From assembly GCF_021869535.1 (NCBI RefSeq), contig NW_026262701.1, positions 18,786,001 through 18,850,000 of the forward strand: DNA of 64,000 bases, given 5' to 3'. The position numbers were made by a program, and so were the translations under genes. Source of the stretch: Mytilus californianus. Lineage: Eukaryota. Shown piece by piece: positions 37,186 through 48,934 of this stretch (the first letter of the stretch is position 1; every line of letters begins with the position of its first letter). The notes beneath the pieces were generated by a model. The model was not told the DNA's origin. It did not search any database and saw only the letters and a program-made list of their open reading frames with translations.

Positions 37186-40100
37186 CTAGTAATGACTTTG
37201 GCAGCTGGTAGATACATATAAGTAAAGGTATTTTTTTCCTATTAATTCTTCCCTTCGACAGATTGATTATTTTCAATCTGTTTGTAATTTAATTTTACTT
37301 AGATAGCAAGGTAGCATTTTCACTTTTTAAGATTCCAAAACTGGTAATGATTATTACTAAATGCAGTTGTATAATGTACTAAATGATTATATATCTCCTC
37401 AAAGCTGTAAGTTTTTGTATCAACAGCTCTTATATTACAACTCAATCTAGACGATGGAATAATATTGTATTCACCTTATCCTCCCGTTAGTCCGTATGTA
37501 CTTTCTTTCAACAAATAGTTTCGTCACACTTTCCTTTGTATTATTAGACATAATTACGTCAAGTGTGGTCAGCAGCTTGACCGTAATGAGTTGTGTCGTG
37601 TAAACACTTGTCCGATCTTTCAAACAACTACATGTATTTGCTGGTTAATTATTTTAGTATGTTTGATGAAATTTCTCCGGTACTATTGAATTACTTCATA
37701 ATTGATCATCAACATAAATTAAACAGTGAGTTGTATCGTGTGTGCACTTTTCTGATATGTCAGACACATACTTCCTGTTTCAGGCTACTTATGAAATTTT
37801 TCAATGTGTTGAATAAACTAAAATGTTTTCGCTACATTTTCTTCCAATATTCTTAACAGAATGACTTCATATTTAGTCAACACCTTGGTAGTGATGAGTT
37901 GTAATGAGTGAGCCCTTTTTTTTTTTTTATCTGTTCAACATCTGTTTCTAGTTTGCAGATAATTTGAACTACACGTGGGGGTATGCTTAGCACGACAACG
38001 CGTGCAATTTCTAGATCGTCTTGATGATTGTCCTGTGTATTTATTCGGTTTCTTACAACACATTTGTTACATAAAACAGAAATCTAATGGTGAAAATTGT
38101 TCCTCATATCAAGATTTCTGTAATGGCCTTTAGTGTCCCTTTATTGCTAATTTTATCCTTAATACTCTTACTCCGGTAAACCAATCATTTAGAATATTGT
38201 TCAAACTTAGTTTAGAAGTTCTTCTTCATATCAAGATATTTTCTTTGAAAAGAACCATTTCTGTTTTACAAAAGAAACTCTACAATAAAATGTACCCCCA
38301 AAATACGGTAAAATACTACTATTTTTCACTGTGGTAACCAAACTAAAACTTCATTTATTTCAAAAATAACAAAAGTGGTGAATACTTATGAATTGTTCGT
38401 TCAAATATAATTGTAGGACTCTAAAGTGCGATGGAGACGCTAAAACGCGATGGTCACGCTTAAGTGCATTATTTTCAATTAAGTTATATTCAAACTAAAA
38501 TGATATGAGTACGTTATTGACTTTGAACCTTACGACTCATCAGTGAACTCAAAACCAGTATAAACATTCCATTTTTGCATAGTACAAACAACATTAACAA
38601 TATGTATGAAAACAACAATATGTGAAAAACCAACAACAATTATGTTTAAGTGTTGTATCAACGATGCGTAAAATAGGAAACGTTATAACAAAAATACAGA
38701 ACCTCAAGAGAAATTAAAAAATTGGGAAGTCCATAATATATTGCCGAAGAAAGCGGTGATTAAATAGAGGACTGAGAAATTATTTAATTTAAAGTATATA
38801 TTAAAAAGTAAATATCACCTGCCGTTCCGATATAAACTTTTACGTTCAGTTGGTATTTAGTTGACCTGTCACCAATGTAGAAGGTAGAATATTTTGCATA
38901 CGCTTTATGGCGATAAAAATCCTCTAGATTGGCTCTGATTTCATATATTCCTTTAGATGTTAATATATGTAGTTTATCATTACCTTTAAAATATCAGAGT
39001 AAAAAGAATGAAATATAGAGATGAATATGTATTTTCATTTTACCCCTTTTTAAATGAAAAATACATTTATTGGTCAAATATATTTTCGTTTTAAAGAACT
39101 GCCAGATATTCAAGATATTAACACATATATAACATGTAAAAGCGAAGTATGGAAAACGGTTATGCCAAACAGAACAGCTTGATTATGAAGGGAAGCTAAA
39201 ACACGATGTCACAAGGTTAAAATTTCCATTCCTCGAATTAGTTGTTATGTGTTTTTTATTTCGAGGATAGACTAGGTTGCAGTTTTGCAGAACTGTGTTT
39301 ACAAAATTTTATTGCGAATTTGAATATTGTTTATTATACCATATGCACTTGTAGCATTTTGTAATCACATGGTTTAAGTTTCAGCGTATTTCATGTACAA
39401 GTTCAAGCAATAATTTGAAAACTTAAATGTAAAACAAAATGCATTGATAACGAATTACTCTAGGACATACATCTTTTCACTTCTCGATATAAGTTATAAA
39501 AAGAGTTTTAAAAAGTTATCATCAAAGTTATTTGGTGAAGACACTAACTTAGTCAAAATTCCGTTTTCAGATCACCAAATCCGTTTACACACTTTTTCAT
39601 CCACGGTAAAAATCTACATTTTTGTCTTGTCTATGATGAAAAACCTAGAATTTGAAATATGTAATACAATATAATAAACGTAAGATGATTTGGCGTAAAG
39701 CATGTAAATTGTATAATAACTAAATGAGACAAATACATGTGTACTAGTAGTACATATGCACATATATAAACATACAAAATTATGGAACTTACCGTCGTAA
39801 CAATAATTCATATCAGTATAACGATAGTTTTTTTCAGAAATTGAAAAGCGAGGTCTACCAATTACTTTACATTGAAGAATACAATTATTATAAAGCAACG
39901 AATTTAAAGACCTTGTCGCATTATTCTGTTTTCTGTATTAACTTATTAATCTATCTAAATTTTCAGTTCTAATTTGACTGTTTTAAGGTGTAAGCTTTTA
40001 TGGAAAACAGCTGAACGTGTACTTAGCATGTTGGTGGCTAGTAAATACAGAACTTTGCTTCCTTCAGGTAAAAATAGGTCTAAACGTATTAAATTTTGTT

Positions 40101-40335
40101 TAAGGTATACTTTTTTGTATTTATCCTCTCCAATCAAGATATGTTTTATGAAATAATCTTCTTATTTTTTTTTTTTTTTTTGGAATGAAAACAAACCACA
40201 CAATTCAAAATTAATGTTAAATATCGCTTTTTTAGTAAGATTAGTTGAAGCACATTAATGTTATATAATATCTTATAGTTTTTAAACTAAATTGCATTGG
40301 CTCTGAAATTGGTCATATCATTCTACATATTTTAG

Positions 40336-40463
40336 AGCATAATATTCGGGACTGCTCGGATTTAGACAGAAACAATGATAGTAGAGTCTACACAATCTAT
40401 CCTGCAGATGACGCTGGATTTAAGTCCTATTGTGATATGGAGATGGATGTGGGAGGGTGGACG
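40336..40463 (+). CDS. Fibrinogen-related domain (FReD/FBG) first exon; possibly pseudogenic
   Basis: TTTTAG acceptor and GTAAGA donor. 128 nt encoding (x)HNIRDCSDLDRNNDSRVYTIYPADDAGFKSYCDMEMDVGGWT, which matches the FBG start motif RDC..SGVY.I.P...VYCDM..DGGGWT. Phase-0 intron after GGWT. Confidence 0.88.
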
Positions 40464-42984
40464 GTAAGAATATTCAAACAGTAATTTAGGAAATGGGAGT
40501 TACTTATGAAAATACATTTAAATAAAAGACACCAATCATTACGCGTAACGTTTTGTGCAAAAATTAAACACACAAATGTTTTTTGTTATAATTACACGAA
40601 TCAAAAGTCAATTCAAAATGATTTTTATCTGAATCATTTGTTGCTAAATACCACCAATTAAAATAAACAACATTGTCAGCGGTTTGTGTATGTTGGAACG
40701 AAGTGTGCATACAACTGGAACTGGACTTATACACGATTTATACATCAAATTTTATTATAACATGTGTACTAGTATTAATTATGCACATGTATCATGTATC
40801 ATGTATATCAAAATACAAAATTATTAAAAGCCATTTGCGAAATTTTCAAAATAAAAAAATATATATGTATTATAAAATGTACAATTACAGGCAGCTTGAA
40901 TTGATCTTAATTCGTTACATGGAACCAACATATGATGAAACTGGATGGGATAAATTATTATAGAAAATTAGATTTTAACAGACGTATTTATGCAATAAAA
41001 GCGGGAGGTTTGGCTATCCACAAAACCAAGTTCAACCCACCATTTGTTTCTTTTAAATGTCCTGTACCAATTCAGGAAAATGGCAATTGTTATCGTATAC
41101 TAGTAGTTTGTTTCTGTGTGTGTTGCATTGTCGTTTGTTGTTTGTTCACTTCAGTGTTTCTGTTGTTTCGTTGTCTAAATGTACTATATTGTATTGTTTT
41201 TTTGCGTAATTCTCTGTCCATAATGTTGTACTGTATTTATGTCATGTAATGGTGTCATTTAAGTGTTATATTTAACATTGCCATAAAAGTGCGAGGTTTG
41301 GCTAGCCACAAAACCAGGTTCAACCCACCATTTTTTTCTTAAAATGTCCTGTACCAAGTCAGGAAAATGGCCATTGTTATATTATAGTTCTTTTTTGTGT
41401 GTGTTACATTTTAATGTTGTGTTTCTGTTGTGTCGTAGTTCTCCTCTTATATTTGGTGTGTTTCCCTCAGTTTTAGTTTGTAACCCGGATTTGTTTTTTT
41501 CTCAATCGATTTATGAATTTCGAACAGCGGTATACTACTGTTGCCTTTATTTATTCAATGAGATGCATATATGTTCGGATGTGCTTACCTCCATCCATTT
41601 TCGTTTGGGTCCATGCGAAACTGGTATTCATACTGCATATTTGTCTGCATAAACCTTGTATAAATGAGCCAATATATACGGGCATGAATAGGGAATCTCC
41701 TTAATTCGTATGATGTGTTATCAAACAGAGTGGTACATTTACAGTTACTTCGAGATACATGTATGCTAGTAAGATAACTAGGGGAACAATGGATGTTTTT
41801 GATTGGGTAATTGTTTTCATCCTTTTAACAGATATTTTTATGGTCTTTCTTCTTTTGCATTACTCCATATTTCCCTTCCTATATTTGTCTGAACATGGAC
41901 TTATAAGATATCTGTTGAACATCGGTTTATTTATTTTACATTTAGTCTAAGAATACTTGTTTACATGTAACATTATGTATGGAAGAAGAGTCATCTTCAT
42001 TATTTCTATAACTCTAATCTACACTTAAAAAAAAAAAGCCTGAAGGGTTTAACTCATTTGGTCTTTAGGGAGAAGACATCAAATAGGCAATCAAACACAA
42101 TAAATCAAAGAAAAATACACCATAGCCAAACGAAAATTGACCATCCGAAAACAGCTATCTACCAAATACTACACTAAAAACTTAGATGAGCAATGCGAAC
42201 TTCACTTACAACTAATGTGGAATCATGTGCTCAAGAAGAATATATAGTTCCTGTTCTTCTATTGACACTTACTTTAAGTATTATAAATCCTCAAAGTAAA
42301 TTTACATTTTTTTTCATTCGGTTATAAATATATTTGAACGAACAATTCATAAGTATACACCACTTTTGTTATCTTTGAAATAAATGAAGTTTTTAGTTTG
42401 GTTAACACAATGAACAATAATAGTAAGCCGTTAAAACCTCGTTGCCCAAGGAACAGCTATATAACTTTCAAGATAAAATGCATACATGGTAAATGATTTG
42501 CATTATGTGCCTTGTTTCAAAGACTCATTCATGCCTTACATCTTTGTTACACCCAAAATAGATATTGAGACATATCTAAGTCATTTTTGATTACTGCAAA
42601 TACAATATTTCTCAATCCGTAAAAGTGTGTATTACGGAAATAATGTTTCAAAACACATTTTTCATTAACTAAGTACAAAAATGTACATGTACTGATAAAA
42701 TGACTATTTATAAATAATATGAGTTATTTTGCATTTTTTTTCTGCATGTGGAATTATGTTGTTTGATTTTGTTCTTGTTTTTTTCGACCATAATGCCGGT
42801 TTTATAAAAAGTGTGTGTTATTTCTTAACTCAATTTTAATGTTGAAGCCTCAAAAGGTAAGACAATTTAGTACTCTTAAAACAAGTTTAACCATGGCACG
42901 TCTATACCTGTCTGAATCAAGAATCCCCGACTATACATTGTATACTTCTATATCTGAGACTTTTGTAGGGTTGGTATATATATA

Positions 42985-43708
42985 GACCTGCTAGTCAAAC
43001 GCGTTTTGTTAAAATATACTTTTTCACTCATTTGGTCTTTTGAAAAATGTTGTTTCTGCTGTATTTAGACCCCTCTACCAAGAAATTTGTTTTGCATGCA
43101 CATGTATAAAAATGGCGGTTTTTATCCAACGCAATGATAGGTTTGAACGTTGTTTTCAGTTTAGACTTGTTTATATTTTTTCGTTTAAGCTTGTATTATA
43201 TTTGCCTTTGGGTTTTTATGATCCGTTCACCCTATTTTGACTCTTTCAAAATCCAAGAGTCTATCCTAAATTGAGGTAAATTATATGGCCTTCCAAATAC
43301 CGTTTCGATTCCTAACATAACTGAAGAGATATTTATTGTCGAAATCCGGATATGGTGTACACATTTTTACTCCTCATGTTTGCGGCATACCATCTTTTCC
43401 GCAAGTTTATTGTTTTCTGTTTGGTAATAAATTAATAATAAGATCTATTTTGTTACATCTTGTGATCCGTTTATTTGGCAATCGCCAATGGCAGTCAGCA
43501 GGGTTTAAGAACATCAGTTGTTCGACCTGCTTGTCAAATGCGTGTTGTTAAAATATACTTTTTCACTCATTTGGTCTTTTGGAAAATGTTGTTTGTGCTG
43601 TATTTAGACCCCTTTACCAAGAAATTTGTTTCGCATGCACACGTATAAAAAATGCGGTTTTTATCTAACGCAATCATAGGTTTAAACGTTGTTTTCAATT
43701 TAGACTTG

Positions 43709-43709
<1 letters not shown>
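42985..43709 (+). mobile_element. Retrozyme/pLTR-like element family 2: ~1.35 tandem copies of a 539-nt unit with one hammerhead
   Basis: 42985-43170 repeats at 43524-43709 (roughly 90% by eye). Hammerhead at 43315-43358. TA repeats at both ends. Confidence 0.7.
43315..43358 (+). ncRNA. Type-I hammerhead ribozyme motif, family 2, catalytic core intact
   Basis: ACATAA-CTGAAGA-GATA(TTTAT)TGTC-GAA-ATCCGGAT-A-TGGTGT. Cleavage triplet ATA, predicted cut after 43352. One A-G mismatch in stem I. Confidence 0.75.

Positions 43710-43712
<3 letters not shown>

Positions 43713-43756
<44 letters not shown>
43713..43756. repeat. Compound microsatellite (TA)14(GATA)4
   Basis: Read directly. Confidence 0.95.
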
Positions 43757-43757
<1 letters not shown>

Positions 43758-43805
43758 GGCCGACGAGGAAAGGTTTACTCGATTGACGAAAGCTATATTT
43801 TTATA

Positions 43806-43958
43806 GCCTGGTTGGTCGAGTGGTCAAGAGCACTGAACACAGTGCAGGCGGCGTTGCCACGAAGTCACAAAAGCAAGGGTATGAATCCCGCTGAGGGAAG
43901 AATAGAAATTTGCTAACGCAAATTTGCAGATCTGTCATTGTTGGGCTGTATTTGAGAC
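43806..43958 (+). mobile_element. tRNA-derived SINE
   Basis: A-box-like TGGTCGAGTGG at 43813-43823 and B-box-like GGTATGAATCC at 43878-43888, followed by a non-tRNA body. No cloverleaf recognised. Confidence 0.7.
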
Positions 43959-44865
43959 AAATTATAAAAAATAAATATTTGTGTTATCATACCACATCTC
44001 CTTATTTTTATTTGAAGTAAACAACCGTATGCACAATTCTAAACATCCTTTTCGGTTGTTGGATTGCTTTTGAATTGATACCAACAATATATTTGATATC
44101 GTGATTGAAAATTAGAATAATTGTACATCTTGATTAAGCCAAATAAAATAACATAGCCTACATAAACTCTATTTTTAAACTGATAGTCAAGGTTGAGAAA
44201 AGAACATTTGTCTTTTCTAATTAGTGATTACCGTCAACATAAAACATGCAATTATGTTCTGACATGAATCTTAAAGGTAATGGTTAGACATTATTTCCTT
44301 TTACAACTCAAGACAACTACAGAAAAGGTCTATAATTTTATATTATAAAACACATAAAGTTGTCAATTACCAAAGGTTATGTCAACTTTTGAATCGGCAA
44401 TTGTTTTCAATTTTCTTTGATGTTGGGTACCAGATATCAGAACGCACAAACATTCTTTAAAATCGCTTGGCAGATAATTGTATATTGAATTTGAATTAAA
44501 CATCGTTTAATTGTAGACACACATTTGTTTTTTTATATTATATACATTTATATTCCATTTAAACAACTGACCTACTGATTTACTTCAGCGGCGGTTACCT
44601 AATATAAATATAGTATTTTCGACAACATATGGTATCATGTAGACATTACAAACTTATTTGTCAATTTTCCACTTATCAACAAAGACACAGATAGTTCACT
44701 AACTCATTCTAAATTAAAAAAATTCCTATAAAACAGAAAATGTCTGCAGACTGTACCTTAGAATGGACAATGCATTATATCATAGGATTACTGTTGAACA
44801 ATTACTACGCGCGGTCCTGCTTGTAAATTTTCCTTTTACAATCATTTATCAAATTGTCTAAAAAG

Positions 44866-45382
44866 CACTAGTAAATATCCTCCACCAAATGGGCTCAGTA
44901 TCTGTAGTAAATATTCTCCATCAAATGGGCTCAGTATCACTAGTAGATATCCTCCATCAAAAGTGTTCAGTATCAATAGTAAAAATGTAATATACTCATA
45001 AAATGATCAGAGTATCACTAGTGAATATCCTTCATCAAAAGGATTCAGTATCCACAATCAAAAGGGGCTCAATGTCACTAGTAAATATCGAATATCAAAT
45101 GGTCCTATGTTTTTGCTCATTCTTTAAGGGCGTACGGTGGCCTATAGTTATTAAGGTCAACGTCATTGTGTCTCATTGGCAATCATACAACGTCTTCTTA
45201 ATTTTATATGCAAAATCAATAGTAAATATCCTCCATCAAAGCGACTCAGTTTCCATAATAAATTTCCCCCATCAAGTAGGTTCAATGTTACTTGTAAATA
45301 TCCTCCTTAAAAAGGTCTCAATATCAATATTAAATATCTTCTAAGATAGGCAGACTATTGCGAGTAAATATCCTCCATCAAA
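44866..45382. repeat. Degenerate 36-bp minisatellite interrupted by a repeat insertion (~45110-45215)
   Basis: Unit ~CACTAGTAAATATCCTCCATCAAATGGGCTCAGTAT. Explains the LVNILHQ..SVS repeats in ORF 45003-45344. Confidence 0.8.
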
Positions 45383-45894
45383 TAAAGTCTTTACACTTTT
45401 TGAAAAAAGTTGCTAAGTTAGTTCATGATGCCATGTCAATAAAACTCAAAGTCGGCTCTATTGCCATGGAAACCAACATATATCATTTTAACATAAATCA
45501 TAAATCCCTTTTTTAAAAACGAACATATTATCCAAAATAACATCTTTGAGTAGAAATTTGATTTGATTCTTTTATAAGTTGGTTAAGAAAGGGTATATTC
45601 TTTAATTTATGCACCTTCTAGAATTTAGACTGACTACACGCACTATACACGCACGGACGATACACGCATGGTGAATGTACGGTGAACGTACGGCGAATGA
45701 ACGATCCACGATCCACGCACGATGAGCGATGATCGGTACACGGAGGATTAACGAAAAATGAATGATGAATGATTAACCCACGATACACCCCCTTTGGAGC
45801 CGCCTTAAGTTGTAACCTCACCTAATTATTGAATATTTGTTTTCGCTGGACATTACGCAAACAACAACGAATCACCTAACACATATCCAAGGGC

Positions 45895-46013
45895 AATCTC
45901 CATTGCAGAGTTCATATCCGTTTCGTAGATGCTTGGCAATACTGCACTTAATACGTATTTGTGTAGTGTTACGTAGTATGGAACGAAACGGATATGAACT
46001 CTGCGCCGGAGAT
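45895..46013. other. Long imperfect palindrome/hairpin
   Basis: Perfect 22-bp arms at 45905-45926 and 45983-46004, symmetric about a central palindrome AATACGTATT (45950-45959). Confidence 0.85.
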
Positions 46014-46667
46014 GGATCGAAGGGATGCCTTATATGCATTTACATGTTTAAAGATTGAATAATCAAAAAAATATTGTGTTGTCAAAAAAGAATTTAACTT
46101 TATAACATATACATTTAAATCAGTTTTTGATTTATCAAAATCTTTGGAAATATATACAAGTAGCAGTAAACAAGAAAGAATAACATGGAGGAAAAGAAAT
46201 AGATATATGTGAAAAAAAGAATGCATTGTAAATGCAACATTGCAGATAATACTTTTTAAAAAAGTCACATTATAAAACTTAGGTAGTTTAGTATTTTTGA
46301 CGGGATAATGAGAAAAATGAGTAGTTCCCGACCCATAGAAAAAAAAACCCAAGAGGCAATAGAAAGCCCTCTAAATGTCAATTCCGTATTTGACATAAAA
46401 AATTCAATAACTATTGATTTTTTAATATATTGGTCTAAATTACCATTTAATTAGTTGGTACTCGTCGATGTTGACGGTATGTCTTTTTATCAACGGATAC
46501 GTGTTATCTCTGCGGTCAAGCGTAACCGGAGTTTAAGACATGCGTTTTTATTTGTAAAGATAAAACCGAACCCGACGGTCCCTAAATAATTGTATATCAC
46601 TAAAACGGAACTATTTAAACAATGACAAAGAATCGAAATTTATCGTGTAAAATAATAAATCGTTTTA

Positions 46668-46803
46668 NNNNNNNNNNNNNNNNNNNNNNNNNNNNNNNNN
46701 NNNNNNNNNNNNNNNNNNNNNNNNNNNNNNNNNNNNNNNNNNNNNNNNNNNNNNNNNNNNNNNNNNNNNNNNNNNNNNNNNNNNNNNNNNNNNNNNNNNN
46801 NNN
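46668..46803. other. Assembly gap (136 N)
   Basis: N run. Confidence 0.99.
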
Positions 46804-48723
46804 TTTCTCTCTCTCTCTGTTGTTTTTGAAGACGCGTGCCACTCGGCACATTCCCAATCATCATGTTCAATCAACCTTATTTGTTAGTTAATGGTAGTTG
46901 TTGTATAAAACATTATAGTGACTTGCGAACATGTATAAATAAATATAACACATTTTACAAAGTTTGTGCAGTCATTGTTGCACCTGCCCGTATGACCTAT
47001 TAATCCCTTTTTTGACAAATTTGGTAAGTTTATAAAAATCACGGACAACATGTAAATATAAAACTTATCAATTAACTCAAAATTAAAATAAATGGTCAAA
47101 TATATTTAGATTAAATATGGGAATAATTTAAATGTTATGGATTTATACAGCAACTGACGTCTATATTTTAGCTGACGAACTATATATTTACTGCTAATTT
47201 ATTTGTGTTGTAAGTCATTAAAAAGTTTAATTTTTCAGCATGATCCACATCTGAGAAATTTTCTCCATTTAAGACTTTATCAAAAATGTTAATTCGAAAA
47301 TTCAATATAAAGAGGGCAGTTAAAGATGAAGATTAAATGGGACTCAGTTTCGGTTTTTCTGTTGTTACACAATTTGCATAGTCTTTCTTCTAGAATTTCG
47401 TTTGAATACCTTCCAGTTTCCACTTTTAAATATTTTTTCTCTTTACTATAGGTACAAATTTTAATAGGTGTTTAAAATAAAAATACAAAAATCGATGTTA
47501 TGGGATCAACTTTATACACAAGAATCAATATATCAGTAAATTTATAAGATCATGGATTTTCTTTTATATAATTTTCATTTGTCCTTATTTTACTGATTAA
47601 TGGACTCATTTTTTTTTTTTTTTTTTTTTTGCAGTTATATTTACAAAAGTCAACAATTTTGTCAAACCTTCATGGAATTTATTAAATTAGACAGACGCTT
47701 TTTTATGTTCAAAAGAAAGTATCCAGAATGAAATTCGGAATTTTTTTATTTTCGTTTGACCGTTTCTAAAATTTCAATTTATTATACATAAAACGAAACA
47801 CATAATAAAACAAAAACACAGAACATGTCTACAAGTTCAACCTGTATACACGTGCGCAATAAACTGGTCGTGGTTGGATGAAATCAATCAATTACACAGG
47901 CGACAATCAATAAAACATCAAATAACTTCGTTATTTTTAAAGATATAATAATGAGATTTGAAAGTATGCATTTTAATTTAGTTTACTTCTATATATCATT
48001 TCATCAGGTCCTTGGTGCGGAATCCAGTTCTTAGTGCACCAAGGAGGTCCTTTGCAGTATTTCTACGGACCCCTGTAAAAAGATTTTTGACAGAAATATA
48101 TACATTTTAGAATTCTATCTATTTATAAATAGCTAAGTTAACGTAATTGCTAACGTAAAGTGTTATTTTTGCGACGTCAAACTGCGAAATATCGTGGAAA
48201 GATGCATTTATCGAGTGATTTTTATCATTATCTTAAAAACGAGCACATGGTCCCCTCTTTTTTAAAGTGACATTTGGCTTGATACTGTATGACTATTATT
48301 TGTTCCAATTTTTATGAAAAAATCACCGACGATTTTTTTTTAAATCATATAAAAAATCAATTTCTTTTCATAAAAATGAATTATTAACAAGGGATTGTTA
48401 CACAAATGAAGAGCCTAATTTTGTAACGAAGATATTCCAAATCTCTTTACCGAAACCCGCATATGTTTATATTTTGAAACAAAAAAGCTAAGGATGTCTG
48501 TCCAATAGACAAAAATGTCCAAGAAACCGAATTTTTTAAAAACTAAATGTCAAAAATTTCGATCCCATTTATCTGTAAATTTAGCACATGAAAATATATT
48601 TTGTATTACATATTTATATTGATTAGGTACAAAATGCAAATTTTCGTTAACAAATCACCGTGGGATCAAAACTGTATCGTATGCTCACAATTGCCATAAA
48701 GCTTAATGTCATCGTCAGATGTT

Positions 48724-48934
48724 TGAGGGTCTGGATGGGGTCCTTCATTTCTGAACTCTTGAATTTTTTAAGCCATTTTTCTCTATTCTTTATACTTTTT
48801 GCCCATTATTCTCCATTCTTTATATTTTAGTATCTCATTATTCTATATTCTTAATTTTTTTGTCATTATTTTCTCTATTCTTTATATTTTGTGTGCAATA
48901 TTTTCTATTCTATAAATCCCATCCACACCCTCAT
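48724..48934. mobile_element. MITE with ~17-bp TIRs enclosing ~5 tandem ~30-bp subrepeats
   Basis: TGAGGGTCTGGATGGGG ... CCCCATCCACACCCTCA. Internal CATTATTCTCTATTCTTTATATTTT-type units. No convincing TSD. Confidence 0.7.

Larger units (their letters stand above)
36930..38100 (+). repeat. Segmental duplicate A (paralog of ~59366-62620)
   Basis: Collinear anchors 36930/59366, 37187/59469, 37761/62312 and 37869/62419. Confidence 0.8.

Noticed and set aside
38515-38550. Minus-strand CTGATGAGTC hammerhead-like start
   Set aside because: Stem II, GAAA and stem III cannot be formed.
43806-43895. Functional tRNA gene
   Set aside because: A/B boxes are present but there is no cloverleaf, and a SINE-type body follows.
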